Positions 1 to 10,543 of a stretch of DNA of 64,000 nt are shown here, piece after piece. The notes below the pieces were generated by a model. The model searched no databases and was not told where the DNA came from. It saw only the letters and a list, made by a program, of their open reading frames with translations. The position numbers and the translations under genes were made by a program. This DNA is from an uncultured virus (IMG/VR IMGVR_UViG_3300047539_000012) (taxonomy: Duplodnaviria > Heunggongvirae > Uroviricota > Caudoviricetes). How positions within the stretch are numbered: the first letter of the stretch is position 1; every line of letters begins with the position of its first letter. The stretch lies in IMG/VR virus record IMGVR_UViG_3300047539_000012; one strand, 5' to 3'.

Positions 1-336
1 TATGCCGAATACGTTGCATCCGATGTTGATGCCGCCCGTGCTGTTTCTAACGACGGTGTATCGGGCCGCGCACACATCATCACTCCCGCCCTGACCACGG
101 ACCACCCCGCCTCTGGAAATGCGGGAGCTGTACTTGGTATAGACGGAGCAAGTGACGTCCGAGGCTTCACTCGCAATACGCCTAAGGACGTACTGCAATT
201 CCTCGGCATAGACGTAGTAGGGAAATGCGGCCTGTTCGACCATCCTACCGTTGGCCAGTTTGTATGAGTAAAGTGTGACGTCACCGTCGGCATCCACACT
301 TGTCGCCTTCACGATGATGCTTGCTTTCGTTGTCAT
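1..336 (-). CDS. hypothetical protein (3' end runs off window)
   Basis: ATG at 336 preceded by GAGGAGG RBS; frame MTTKASIIVKATSVDADGDV... appears open to the window edge. Confidence 0.6.
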   Translation of the reverse strand, partial: MTTKASIIVKATSVDADGDVTLYSYKLANGRMVEQAAFPYYVYAEELQYVLRRIASEASDVTCSVYTKYSSRISRGGVVRGQGGSDDVCAARYTVVRNSTGGINIGCNVFGI

Positions 337-368
337 TGTTTCCTCCTCAGGATGTTACGGTGTAACTA

Positions 369-1133
369 CTAGTTGATGCTTGCCGAAGCAAAGAAGTTCT
401 TGAAATCTTCCTCGTTCGATGTCACATCGGTAAACGAACCAAACACAAAAGCGACTGCGCGATTACCTCGATACGTTACGGCTATAGCAAAGCGGATTGC
501 TCTGCCACCGCTTGTTCCTGAAACGATTGCCAGTTCCGCAGGTAACCCAGAGATAGTAAAACTTCTGTCTCTGCTAATGACAGTGCCAGAAGTGCCGTTA
601 GCGAAGCCGTCCACATACTTATCTAGGTCTTCGTTGGTCACAGCAAATGAGTAGTCATACACCCCAACCAAGTAGGAATCTGTGTTGGGCATGTCGCCTT
701 CATACTGAGTATACGTGAAGGACTTTCCGCCATGGGTAGACCCTTGGTGTGGTCCGTCCTTAATCAAAGGTACAGGAGCATTGACGCTGAATCCGTCGTA
801 CTGTGTAAACGAAGCCAATACCAAGTTCAAATTAGGGTTGGTATTGAGCATGGCATTGCCTTCGGTAATTGTCCACTGGAAGCGATGCCCGTCCTCTAGT
901 TCAATCGTACGGGAGACAGAGCCGTTGGGTTCGCTGGCAGACAAATTATGCGTACCGGGAAACACAGATTCTGAAGTGAATCCGTTTGGAATAACTGAGC
1001 CAACTGACGAGCCGTCGTCATAGAAACTCACCGTCTGCGAAGTTTGGTTGTAGTACTCAATGCGGGTGCGGCCATCCTGTGCGAATGCCAAGGTGGACAT
1101 AAGGAACATCAGCGCAAACACTAACTTCTTCAT
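369..1133 (-). CDS. secreted/periplasmic protein
   Basis: AGGAG RBS, start MKKLVFALMFLMSTLAFA| is a classic Sec signal peptide; 254 aa. Confidence 0.7.
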   Translation of the reverse strand: MKKLVFALMFLMSTLAFAQDGRTRIEYYNQTSQTVSFYDDGSSVGSVIPNGFTSESVFPGTHNLSASEPNGSVSRTIELEDGHRFQWTITEGNAMLNTNPNLNLVLASFTQYDGFSVNAPVPLIKDGPHQGSTHGGKSFTYTQYEGDMPNTDSYLVGVYDYSFAVTNEDLDKYVDGFANGTSGTVISRDRSFTISGLPAELAIVSGTSGGRAIRFAIAVTYRGNRAVAFVFGSFTDVTSNEEDFKNFFASASIN

Positions 1134-1210
1134 GTTATTGTTTCTCCTTTGTAATTTGAAAAGCATGATGGGCGGGGAGCATAACGCAACACCCGCTTCC
1201 TTGAGAGTCC

Positions 1211-1420
1211 TCAAGTATCCCTATCTACCGCTGTAGGCATAGTGGGGGCGGGCGGTGCCATCCGCTTGTCCAATTCTGTGACAGCCAGACGACCTAAACT
1301 GTTCTCCATGTTCGCCTCAGTGTGCTCGGGCTTGAGCCCGGGCCGATTCTTACGGCTATTGCCGCTGTTCGGTGTCATCTTGCCGTTCAACATCGCGGCG
1401 AGTCTCAGGTTGCCAGTCAT
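1211..1420 (-). CDS. hypothetical protein
   Basis: GGAGG RBS; lies downstream of the sigma70 promoter at 1439-1467. Confidence 0.5.
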   Translation of the reverse strand: MTGNLRLAAMLNGKMTPNSGNSRKNRPGLKPEHTEANMENSLGRLAVTELDKRMAPPAPTMPTAVDRDT

Positions 1421-1438
1421 GATTCCTCCACTGTTCTA

Positions 1439-1467
1439 AAGATACCACACTTACGTGCCATTGTCAA
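1439..1467 (-). promoter_or_regulatory. sigma70-type promoter
   Basis: TTGACA-17 nt-TATCTT. Confidence 0.7.
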
Positions 1468-2554
1468 CGGTTAAATGCTTCACTTCGTAAATTTGTTTGC
1501 ACGCCTCGCACTGGGTGCCGTCCGGCAGGCACTTAGTCAACCTGACCCCCTTGTAATCGTCGGCCTTTGGGCACCGAACCTTGTCACGTTCTAACTTTTC
1601 ACAAGCCTTCCGCTCGGCATCGATAGCCTTGCGGGCATCGAGAATCGCGTCAACCCGGGCCTGCGTCACGTCCATCGCCCGTACGAGATTCAGGCAGCAC
1701 AGATACCCGTGCAAGTCTTCTGCGTGCGCCTCACGCCCTTCCGCGTGCCACGGGTCGAACTCAGCCGTCTCTTTGTCCAGCCGTAGAATCCAGCGATCTA
1801 CGATCTCGCCCCGTTCTGGAAATTCCTCTTCATGAGCCTTTACGTAAATGCTCGCCTGAAAAAGGTAACTGATATACAGGCCGTTGCTGGTCTTAAAATC
1901 TAGGTAACTCAGTCGGTCGAAAAAGGGCGTTTGCTGAGAACAACACGCTGGGTCACCGCATGAATCCACGAGTGCCAGTGAGTCACCTGTCCCACAGCAC
2001 TTGTGCTCAAGCGATAGACACCGGAACTCCGACTTGATGACTCGGACGTTATGTGCGACAAAGAAACTGAGTGCGGCGATAGCACCGTTGCACGCTCGTT
2101 CATCGTCTGGCCAGTTAGCAAGAAGTTCAACCAACTTTTTTTCATCGTTAGCGAGTATCGACTTGCACACCCTGTCGATAAATTCATGTGCTTGATGACC
2201 GCATTGTCCAGCATCTTCTAATACCTCCGCGTCCGCAGACTTCGCGGCCTTTAGTATAGCGTCTAGTTCACTCTCGAACAACTGAATCGCACCGTCGGGG
2301 CCCAGTCCTTGCGCGAGCATCAAGGCCCGTGCTCGGGTGAGTGCCAGTTTCACGGCCCACCGCATCAGCGGCTGGCTCTTGTCGATAGCCTTCTTGAGCA
2401 CGCCCGTGACACCCGACAGCGGTATGAGGTTCTTGCCGTCCTTGTCGCAGAGGAAGTGCAACCATTTCGACGGGCTGAAACACTGATAGACCTTCCCGCC
2501 GTACGCGGGGGTCGGTGTTGTCAAGTCTCCATACTTCTTAATTATGATGCCCAT
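1451..2554 (-). CDS. PD-(D/E)XK exonuclease (RecB/Cas4-like phage exonuclease)
   Basis: SGVTGVL..K..LMRWA, G..AH, E, GTGD, LDFKTS, Q...Y motifs; C-terminal Cys cluster. Confidence 0.8.
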   Translation of the reverse strand: MGIIIKKYGDLTTPTPAYGGKVYQCFSPSKWLHFLCDKDGKNLIPLSGVTGVLKKAIDKSQPLMRWAVKLALTRARALMLAQGLGPDGAIQLFESELDAILKAAKSADAEVLEDAGQCGHQAHEFIDRVCKSILANDEKKLVELLANWPDDERACNGAIAALSFFVAHNVRVIKSEFRCLSLEHKCCGTGDSLALVDSCGDPACCSQQTPFFDRLSYLDFKTSNGLYISYLFQASIYVKAHEEEFPERGEIVDRWILRLDKETAEFDPWHAEGREAHAEDLHGYLCCLNLVRAMDVTQARVDAILDARKAIDAERKACEKLERDKVRCPKADDYKGVRLTKCLPDGTQCEACKQIYEVKHLTVDNGT

Positions 2555-2732
2555 TGTTCTCCTGTATTGGTTTCGGATAGGGCAGCACTTCCCACTTCAA
2601 CAGTGCGCGGTCAGCAGGGTTTGCAAACCAAACATACCGATGCTTCCGCGTGCGCGGCGTCAGGGCGAAACGGTCTTCAGCCGCATGTCCGTATTCGGCG
2701 CATTGCGGATAGTTCTCATATCCCGAGTCCAT
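2538..2732 (-). pseudogene. C-terminal fragment resembling Mom-like DNA-modification proteins
   Basis: RTRKHRYVWF...LLKWEVLPYPK resembles the conserved C-terminus of phage Mom-like proteins; only 64 aa. Confidence 0.45.
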
Positions 2733-2931
2733 CGTTAGTCTCCTCTGGCGAATCCACGAGTGTCACGGTGCATTTTATAACCCGATAACGCTTGCCCTTC
2801 TGTGAGTCAAGAAGATTCCGACATGCCGCCGCGAGCGCAGCCTTCGATGACCCCGCCTTAGCCCTCGCTGTGCGATATATTGCAGGGCCCTTTAATTCTG
2901 GGAACATCGCTTCAATCGTGACGAGTTTCAT
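2716..2931 (-). CDS. hypothetical protein
   Basis: MKLVTIEAMF..., ATGA overlap with the upstream ORF. Confidence 0.55.
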   Translation of the reverse strand: MKLVTIEAMFPELKGPAIYRTARAKAGSSKAALAAACRNLLDSQKGKRYRVIKCTVTLVDSPEETNDGLGI

Positions 2932-3161
2932 AGCCCCAGCCCCGAGAGCGAGGGTGCACCGTCGTTCTCCCACCATTGCTGCCAGAGATGCCCGACAGCC
3001 TGCTTGCCGCCGTTACTCAGGGCCATGTTCTCAAGGATGTATCGACGATGCCTGCGGTCGGCTGCGGCCTGATCGATGCCTATGACGTGTACTGCGTTAA
3101 GGCCCGAATTGCATTCCGTACGGAACGTGTCAGCGACGTGGAGCGAGTCGTATATAATCAT
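2928..3161 (-). CDS. hypothetical protein
   Basis: 77 aa ORF, translationally coupled at both ends. Confidence 0.55.
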   Translation of the reverse strand: MIIYDSLHVADTFRTECNSGLNAVHVIGIDQAAADRRHRRYILENMALSNGGKQAVGHLWQQWWENDGAPSLSGLGL

Positions 3162-3638
3162 GACATGCCCAACTTCGACCGGACTCCGTCACAGCCGTTA
3201 CGCCGTAACATGTCCTCGAATTTACGCTTGGCCGCATCCCAGCCTTTAGCCCAAACTTCATTCAGCAAAGGCAAACGGTGCGGGTTTGCGTTCCGCTCAA
3301 TACCCATGCGATAGGCAATGCCGCCCACCTGTTCCACTCGCAGCGTGTTCGGCAACTTCATGCCACGGGTTGCCGTCTTCAGGTCTGCTAACTTCATTGT
3401 CCCCTCCATCTTCTCGAATTTACGCTTGGCCGCATCCCCGCCTTTAGCCCAGACTTCATTCATCAAAGTTGAACGGTGCGGGTTTCTTCTCGAATCCGAC
3501 TAGGCCCGCAATCGTCCGCAGGGTGTCCGGGCTGTGTGGCCACAGTCTATCTACTCGTTGTGAAATTGCATAATGGTTGTCTGCCGCCCACTGCTGCAAG
3601 TCCGTAAGCCGAACGTAAATTATTTCACCGACTTTCAT
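3158..3638 (-). CDS. two tandem paralogous small ORFs (3456-3638 and 3158-3466)
   Basis: about 75 bp direct repeat encoding NPHR..L.NEVWAKG.DAAKRKFE twice. Confidence 0.5.
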
Positions 3639-3767
3639 AGGTCACCTTTTTTACTTTCCCCGTCGGGCATTTTCTGTACCACCCGTCCGGACGTTTCGTG
3701 TACGTGTGCTTGCAGCAAAGACAGTTTGCACAGTCTGGGCAGCGGTGCTCGTCATGGTGTCCGCACC

Positions 3768-4286
3768 TCACTTGCCCGCCGCCGCCGCGAATGCGTTCGC
3801 CGCTTCTTCCTCAGTGCTCCGCATATATACCAGCGAGTTCTCCATGACTTTGTGCCCGAGATACGAGGCAACGTCAGTCACGGTCATGCCGCCTTTGAAA
3901 CCCAGCCGCCCCGTCGTGTGCTTTAACGCATGCGGGTGACATTTGAAATCGGGGATGCCCGCCTCGGTGCCGTATTCGTGCATGCGGCGTCCAAACGTCC
4001 AGCGTGACATCGGGAACCACCGGCCCACCAGCAGCGACAGGAACTCCCGCTCGCTGGCCAGCAGTGGCTGGGTGGTCTTGAATGAGCCCTTCAGCCGCTG
4101 GACTACCAGAAAATTCCCCTGCAGGTTCTCAGGGGTCAGGGCCAGAGTTTCGCTCACCCTTAGCCCGTGATTGAATGTGACAAGGAACATCAGGAAGTCT
4201 TGGAACGAGTATTTCTTGGCGACCGCCAGAAGCCTGTCGAGTTCTTCCCGCGTTAGCGAGACGACCGATTTGGAGTTCGATTGCAT
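3768..4286 (-). CDS. tyrosine recombinase, catalytic domain only (FimB/XerD-like fold)
   Basis: HGLRVSE (R), RLKG (K), HPHALKH, YLGH, LVY motifs; 172 aa. Confidence 0.85.
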   Translation of the reverse strand: MQSNSKSVVSLTREELDRLLAVAKKYSFQDFLMFLVTFNHGLRVSETLALTPENLQGNFLVVQRLKGSFKTTQPLLASEREFLSLLVGRWFPMSRWTFGRRMHEYGTEAGIPDFKCHPHALKHTTGRLGFKGGMTVTDVASYLGHKVMENSLVYMRSTEEEAANAFAAAAGK

Positions 4287-4292
4287 GATTGA

Positions 4293-4321
4293 ATAGTACA
4301 CCCCATCTGGGCGATTGTCAA
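4293..4321 (-). promoter_or_regulatory. sigma70 promoter giving a leaderless recombinase mRNA
   Basis: TTGACA-17-TACTAT, then 6 nt to ATG 4286; no SD. Confidence 0.7.
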
Positions 4322-4424
4322 GTTTTTTCGCAATAAAACTTGACTAGCATTCGGACACGCCCCGGCTGCGGTGCCCACCAGCATAAGCGACACCGCTTTA
4401 GATACGATATAACGCCTCACTAGT

Positions 4425-5034
4425 TTACGCATTGCGGCCCTCCCACTGGTACGTGTCGGTTAGTTCGTCGCTGTCTTCTAGCATGTACGGGGGAGTGTCG
4501 GTCACGAGGATGAAGCCCGACTGCGACCAATTCTTGAGTGCCTGCCAGAATCGTTGGTCAGGGTGCAGAGTGCAGTAGTTCACGAACGACTGAAGGGTGC
4601 GGGCGTTTACTGGAATCTTCGCGGTCATTGCCCGCCTCGCAGTGATAGCCACTGCATCGGGCCCAACTCTGGCTTCTCATACACGAAGTGATAGAGCACC
4701 GCGTGAAGGTGAAACCCTGCCATCGATGCGAGCAGAATCTTGCGTGTCCGGCTCGTCGCGGTGAACAGTTCGCCCGCCGCCGTGAGTGCGAGCCCGAGAT
4801 GCACCAGCCCTTTCACCGTAATGAATTTCATAGTTCTTCTCCTGCGTCGATGCGCTTTTGTTGCTCGGCCCGCTTCTCCCCCTCGATGCACCCAATAGAG
4901 TACATCGCCGCGTCTATTACGATGTGAGCAGCCCGGAGAGTCGTGCCCCGCTCGACTAGCCGCATGACACGCTCCCAATAAACCTCGCGGTCACGCGCAC
5001 GATACAAGTCTGCGTCGTTCATAGTCGCCCCCAA
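4425..5034 (-). CDS. three coupled small hypothetical ORFs
   Basis: ATGA overlaps; ORF 4828-5034 shares GC.EG..RAEQQ.RID.G with 10544-10891. Confidence 0.5.
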
Positions 5035-5849
5035 TTAAAAACTACAATCATCAGGAACAGAAACAGTGCGCTGAGAAACATCGCAGGCCAGCCGCCGATA
5101 TCGGGCACGTGTACGGGGTTCGTCGGTGAACCGGGCTGCCCGATAGGGACGCTGCAGCAAACCAGAATCGGCGGCATCGGATTGTACGGCGTAACAGGTG
5201 GGTCCGCAATATGTTTGGGGGGCGTAACGCCGATTGGCGTAACTGGCACCGCTATAGGGGTCGTTTGAGTGCTAATCGGCCCTTGTATGGGTACAGCGGT
5301 CAATCCCGTGGGCGGGTAGGGCGTCTCGGGGGCGGGCACGACATCGGGCACGTCCAGCGTCGTAGGCTCAAGGTCCTGCGGGATTACAGGGGCCTGTGGC
5401 CCGATTGACAGCATGTTCCCGCACGCCGCTCGGAGGAGATATTTCCCATCGGTGAGGATAAGCGTACCCTTCGGCAGGACTTTGCATTCCTTCGTCCACG
5501 CGAACGTCCTCGGCCCGCTGCGGTATGCGATGTAAAAACACTGCGGTCGGGCCAGCGTCTCAAACACCGCAGATGAGAAATCGAATCCCGCGAACAGGTG
5601 AGCAAGGTCCCTGTCGGCATACAGGGCGTCCGAAAAATCCTGTAAACTTCGGACACCGCCCTTGATGAACCCGCGAAACGGTGTGCTCTTGAGAGCGCCG
5701 TAACTGGCTTTGGGTGCTCTTGAGAGCAGATTCCCGCTCGGTGTCGCCGCTATTGTCGCCTGCGGGGGCTTAGGCCAGACCCACCAGACCAGCCCCGAGA
5801 TAAACAACAGGACAAAAAAGATGATTCGTAACCAACTTGCGGTCTTCAT
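5019..5849 (-). CDS. membrane-anchored surface protein with Pro-rich linker and PEP-CTERM-like tail
   Basis: N-terminal TM helix; WTK..V.L.KG..I.TDG...RA.CGN domain; C-terminal VPDIGG + TM + basic residue. Confidence 0.65.
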   Translation of the reverse strand: MKTASWLRIIFFVLLFISGLVWWVWPKPPQATIAATPSGNLLSRAPKASYGALKSTPFRGFIKGGVRSLQDFSDALYADRDLAHLFAGFDFSSAVFETLARPQCFYIAYRSGPRTFAWTKECKVLPKGTLILTDGKYLLRAACGNMLSIGPQAPVIPQDLEPTTLDVPDVVPAPETPYPPTGLTAVPIQGPISTQTTPIAVPVTPIGVTPPKHIADPPVTPYNPMPPILVCCSVPIGQPGSPTNPVHVPDIGGWPAMFLSALFLFLMIVVFNWGRL

Positions 5850-6100
5850 GATAGATTCCCCCGGTCCATCTGAATCATGTACTCGTCCGTCGCTTCGCCC
5901 AATTCGTGGGTGTTGGCCTGTTCAAGCATGTCGCCCCGCCACACCTCGAACTTGGTTTTAAGTTTCGTAATCGTATGACACGCACGGCACAGGCGGCAGA
6001 GAATCGCTTTGTTACGGCCCGTGAGGGCCATGACGGCGTCGGCATCCTTGCAGACTTCGCACTTGTGACCGATAACCCAATTGTTATTCACAGGTCGCAT
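5846..6100 (-). CDS. small Zn-finger protein
   Basis: CEVC...CRLCRAC. Confidence 0.55.
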   Translation of the reverse strand: MRPVNNNWVIGHKCEVCKDADAVMALTGRNKAILCRLCRACHTITKLKTKFEVWRGDMLEQANTHELGEATDEYMIQMDRGNLS

Positions 6101-6244
6101 CCCCTCGGATGATGTCTACCAGACGCCAGTACTCTTCTGCCAACGCTGGGTTTTTGCGGCCATCTCCGCGAGCGATATCCGTGCAATAGTCTATCGCCGC
6201 TTGCTTGCTGCCGAATCTAGCCAAAATCGCTTTCACTGTGCAGT

Positions 6245-6913
6245 TCATACTCTAAACTTCCTTCCCTTGTCCTGCAATCCCGACTTCTTCAATCCAGACG
6301 ATATTACCACGCCCGCCTGCTTTTGTGCAAGGAAATTCTCAAAATCTTTTTTCAACACGGGATTCAGGTGCTGGCCCGCCATGACGTTGTCTAGCATGAT
6401 CTTCTCTTTCAGTTTGATTGCGATGATATGCTTGCAATCTGTGCGAGGCACGAACGTAGTCCACGACTTGCACGAACACTGCCAGTTCACACTCCAGCCC
6501 GTGTTCTGGCCGTCACCGGGCTTACGCTTGCCCGAGATGATGTACGGCGACTTTGCCGTGCCCTGATATGCCCACTGATCTGTCCACAGGGGCGAACTTC
6601 CCTTCGGTAGTTTGCGAATCTCGCCTTGTTTCATCGGAGCCTCCGGTACTTCCTGTGACATGTCCGGTACTTCCTGTGACGGGGGCCACACGTATGCTTT
6701 GCAGTACGACAAAATTGCTTGAGCGTTCTTGATTTTAAAGAACGTGCCCACCGTTACAATCCGTGAGAAGTGCCTGCCACACATCGTATCCGTGCCATGG
6801 AACCATCGGCGGTCGTACGCATCTGCCCCCTGAGATACAACGTAGTCCAGATACTCTTGATAACTGCCCGCGAGCACACAGATTGGATAATTTTTGTATG
6901 TCTCGTCACTCAC
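6245..6913 (-). CDS. SWIM Zn-finger protein, C-terminal GRKFRV
   Basis: WQCSCKSW...DCKHI = CxCx(n)CxH. Confidence 0.7.
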   Translation of the reverse strand: MSDETYKNYPICVLAGSYQEYLDYVVSQGADAYDRRWFHGTDTMCGRHFSRIVTVGTFFKIKNAQAILSYCKAYVWPPSQEVPDMSQEVPEAPMKQGEIRKLPKGSSPLWTDQWAYQGTAKSPYIISGKRKPGDGQNTGWSVNWQCSCKSWTTFVPRTDCKHIIAIKLKEKIMLDNVMAGQHLNPVLKKDFENFLAQKQAGVVISSGLKKSGLQDKGRKFRV

Positions 6914-7133
6914 TGCGAAACCTCCGACCGACCTTCGATCTCATTCCGTGGTCTGGTACAAGGGAACGCCTTGCCGTCAATCTATAACGGCTATAATTCG
7001 ACGACTGCGGAACCACTACCGAGAAAACTTCCCAGCCTTCAGCCGCCCACTCGTTGCACGTTTTCTCCACCCCGTCGCCAGCGGGCCCCGCATCCACCAA
7101 TCGTGAACGGAACTCGAACTCTTGTTTATTCAC
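6906..7133 (-). CDS. DUF4177-like small protein, C-terminal GRRFRSE
   Basis: CNEWAAEGWEVFSVV motif. Confidence 0.6.
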   Translation of the reverse strand: MNKQEFEFRSRLVDAGPAGDGVEKTCNEWAAEGWEVFSVVVPQSSNYSRYRLTARRSLVPDHGMRSKVGRRFRSE

Positions 7134-7698
7134 TGCGAAACCTCCTGCCGTCTGACACCTTTATCGGAGTCATCAATTGCACGGGTTTTTCCATCTTGCG
7201 CCCGCCCGCGAAAATATCTTTCTCTATATCGCCCGCGATATCGGGCCCGTGGTACTCCACAGGTCGTATCACGCCAAGGAACGACTGGTCGCCCGCTGCA
7301 GCGAACGTGTCAATCCGCAATACTCCCCAGTCTGGGCACCACCGCAGCCGCACCGTTTTCAGCGGGTCTTCGTTGACTTCGTTGGCAACCTTGAGAATCT
7401 TCGCCAGCGTAGCACCGTTGACTGTGACTGTGCAAGTCTGCTCGGACGGCGCGGGGATTAGGTTCTCCACGTTCGGCACGAGATGGTCGGGTGTAGTCTT
7501 TGCGTCGATCTCGTCACCGTTAGCCAGCCGCAGATACGGCGGCCACGTCTCGGACGGATTCGGCAGCGACACCCTGCACCAGTAGGACGGCTGTACGATA
7601 GTCGAGCCCCGCCCGCTGACGTGAAGGTGTCGCAGCCGGGGATTGTCTCTCGATAGCAACTTCTCCAGCCCGAGATTCTTTTTGTTCAGTTTGAACAT
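7126..7698 (-). CDS. hypothetical protein (possible sliding-clamp-like fold), C-terminal GRRFRSE
   Basis: VNGATLAKILK...LRID...GVIRPV pattern recalls beta-clamp C-terminal domains; GGGGAG RBS. Confidence 0.5.
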   Translation of the reverse strand: MFKLNKKNLGLEKLLSRDNPRLRHLHVSGRGSTIVQPSYWCRVSLPNPSETWPPYLRLANGDEIDAKTTPDHLVPNVENLIPAPSEQTCTVTVNGATLAKILKVANEVNEDPLKTVRLRWCPDWGVLRIDTFAAAGDQSFLGVIRPVEYHGPDIAGDIEKDIFAGGRKMEKPVQLMTPIKVSDGRRFRSE

Positions 7699-9226
7699 TT
7701 AGTCTCCCCGTTGCAGACGCTCTAGGTTTGCTACGTCCTCGGCTGTATATCCTCTACAGGTGCGGCAGCGAGAACACACAACATCATAGCAATGGAACTC
7801 GTTCCAGCGGTGCCCGAGGATACGGCAAAGCAGTTTTGCTATCTTGAATTCTGATATTCGCATTTATGCCCCCCGTTAACTCAGGTTGAATATCCATGCT
7901 GCCAGAACTGACAGTGTCGCAGTCGCCCCCGCCAAGCATATCGCCCAGACGATCATCGTCCAGAAAAGTTCGGAGATTAGTTCTCCTAGCCTCATGCGTT
8001 CCCCGCTCGGATGCCGAAAATCCGTTCGATGATTTCCATGAATTTATAGAGGTCAGTTTCCTGCCTCAGGATGTAGACGATGCCATCTGCGAAGTACCAT
8101 TCTGCTGTCATGAGAATACCTCCACGTAAACTACGAATTCAACCCCGTCCGTGAACCGATCCTTGTAAATTTCGGGTGACGGGCCCTCGGTTGTGACGTG
8201 GTCATTATCAACATACTCCACGCCCTGAATAAAAGCAAGTGCCTCTGCCTCAGTCTGAAATGCCTCTCGGTGTCTCATCGTTTCCTCCCGTGCTCCAGCG
8301 CCTCGATGCGTGCCCGCAGTTCGACAATCTCTGAAGAGTAGCGGGACTTTATCTGCATCTTGAGGCTCCAACGCAATTCTTTAATCTGCCTCTCTGCCGC
8401 CGCCAGTTGCGCCTGCCCCGTCTTTGGGCACATAGGCTTGTGCTGCCCGCCATCGGGCAGAAACGCATTGCACTCTGGGCAGTAATTCATGTCTTTCATA
8501 AAAATGCCTCCCATGTAATCCGTATCGCTCGTTCCAGCACCGTTATGCTGGACTTTGCGTTTGCAGCCCCGTACAGCGAGGCTATTTTAGGAGTGCCCTG
8601 AGGGACACCCCCGCCTAGATCGTCGATTGTGGCCAGCGGCTGATTGAAATCCGGCCCTTCTAGCCCGCAGACGGCACAGCGGAGCGTTCCGCCGTGCATT
8701 TCGACCCTGATGCGACCGCACCTTGGGCACGGCATACCACCCCCTTGTTATGACGTAACAGGTTCGTAGTTCTTGCACCGCTCGTCATACTTGTCGCGGC
8801 AGCCGTCACCTGTGAGCGCAGCGTGCCAGCACGGTTGACTTTCGGTATGGTTGATGTCGGATGCGTGCTCCGCTTCCGCGTGCCCGCATTTACATTTCGG
8901 TTTCATTCGGTTCCCGCTTTCTGGCAGTCTTCACAGAGCAACAGTTCTGCCTGTCGGTTCTTGTCGTTCGGTTTAGCGCCGGGAGTCTTCCAATAAAGAT
9001 TGACCCCGCACCGCAGTGGGACGCCCACGACTGTGTGCGCCCCGTTGTATGCCTTCCCGCAGCCCGTTACTTTTGCCATTTGTCCTCCAGTGATTGACTT
9101 GCACGGCCTTTGGCTTCCCTAGGCTATACGCGGACTGCACTAGGTTTGTCTCCGCATGTACAGCAATTGACCAAAGGCCGTGCAATGCGATGACTGCAAT
9201 GGTTTTCTTCATAGGTATCTCCTTAG

Positions 9227-9949
9227 TCAGTAATTCTCTGCTTCTGTCCGAGTAAGGAAGAAGTGAATACCGCCACCGCACTCGGTCCAACGGTCTTCGT
9301 TCCATTTATCGCAACGCACGATTTTACCTACGCGATATTCTGTAGCGCTATCGTGTTGGCTTATGCCTACTTCTGTACCAAACACTTCTAGCACCTTTAC
9401 ATATTCTGCTCGGCATTTGCGTCCTGTGGCGTTGCTACGCTTGGCATTTCTGCCAATGATCACCTTTACTATTACATTGTATTTGCACTTCTTCCACCCA
9501 ACAAATTGCCCTTGTTCTGGAACAATAGACAATTCACAGGATGTAAGCACAGGTATTTCCTTAGCGCCCCTCAGGTCCGCACGCCTCAGGTTCGCGTCAC
9601 TCAGGTTCGCGTCACTCAGGTTCGCGCTACTCAGGTTCGCGCCCCTCAGGTTCGCGCCCCTCAGGTTCGCGTCACTCAGGTTCGCGCCACTCAGGTTCGC
9701 GCCACTCAGGTTCGCGTCACTCAGGTTCGCGTCACTCAGGTTCGCGCCACTCAGGTTCGCGCCACTCAGGTTCGCGCTACTCAGGTTCGCGCTACTCAGG
9801 TTCGCGCCCCTCAGGTCCGCGCCCCTCAGGTTCGCGCCCCTCAGGTCCGCGCCACCCTTAATAGCAAGCAAAACAACATCCTTAAAAGATTCAGCATCTG
9901 CCTTGAAAATGCTTTGCCCATTCCAGCGGTTTTTAATGGTGTATTCCAT
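9227..9949 (-). CDS. pentapeptide-repeat protein with DUF5758-like C-terminal domain
   Basis: about 19 A(N/D)L(S/R)x repeats; [13 protein letters not shown]...[14 protein letters not shown]. Confidence 0.9.
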   Translation of the reverse strand: MEYTIKNRWNGQSIFKADAESFKDVVLLAIKGGADLRGANLRGADLRGANLSSANLSSANLSGANLSGANLSDANLSDANLSGANLSGANLSDANLRGANLRGANLSSANLSDANLSDANLRRADLRGAKEIPVLTSCELSIVPEQGQFVGWKKCKYNVIVKVIIGRNAKRSNATGRKCRAEYVKVLEVFGTEVGISQHDSATEYRVGKIVRCDKWNEDRWTECGGGIHFFLTRTEAENY

Positions 9950-10543
9950 GTTATTTTCTCCTTGTACTTATCCTTCGGGTTATAGGTATCTCCATGTAAT
10001 CAGGCTGAGCACTGACAGCCCCGCATTGACCAGGGAATCCAAGCATTCCGCAATGGGTCGCTTGGCAAAACTACGCTTGAATCTACGATAATGGTTCTTT
10101 CCAATCCAAAGTAAAGTCATGGTTTCTCCTTTGATTTCAATAGTTTACGGTGAAGCAATACGCACAGCATTGCCGACGGGCACAGTCTCGACATCGACCA
10201 TGACGAAGTTATCCGCCACGGGTTCCCACACCGCTTTAATATTTGTCACCGTGTTCTCCTCTCTAATTCAGATTCAGGCTCGCCCTGATCTGCCGTTCGT
10301 AATCGGCCAATGGTCGGTCCATCGATGATCGGTTCTGGCTCGTCGATGGTATTGGTGCCAGAGGCAAAAAAATTAGCACAGCGGTTAGCATGGCCAGTGT
10401 CGCCCACGCCACTCCGTACCACTCCAGAAACTGAATCAGAAAATGCATTGAACCCCCCACCTAATGAATTTATCACAAGAGCCCCGCCGACTGTCAATCC
10501 TAAAATTACAAAGCACCAGTCGATGAGGCAGACGATAAAATTT

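Noticed and set aside
9568..9855. 15 bp tandem repeats resembling a CRISPR or satellite array
   Set aside because: There are no unique spacers; they are the coding repeats of a pentapeptide protein, and the plus-strand ORFs are antisense shadows.
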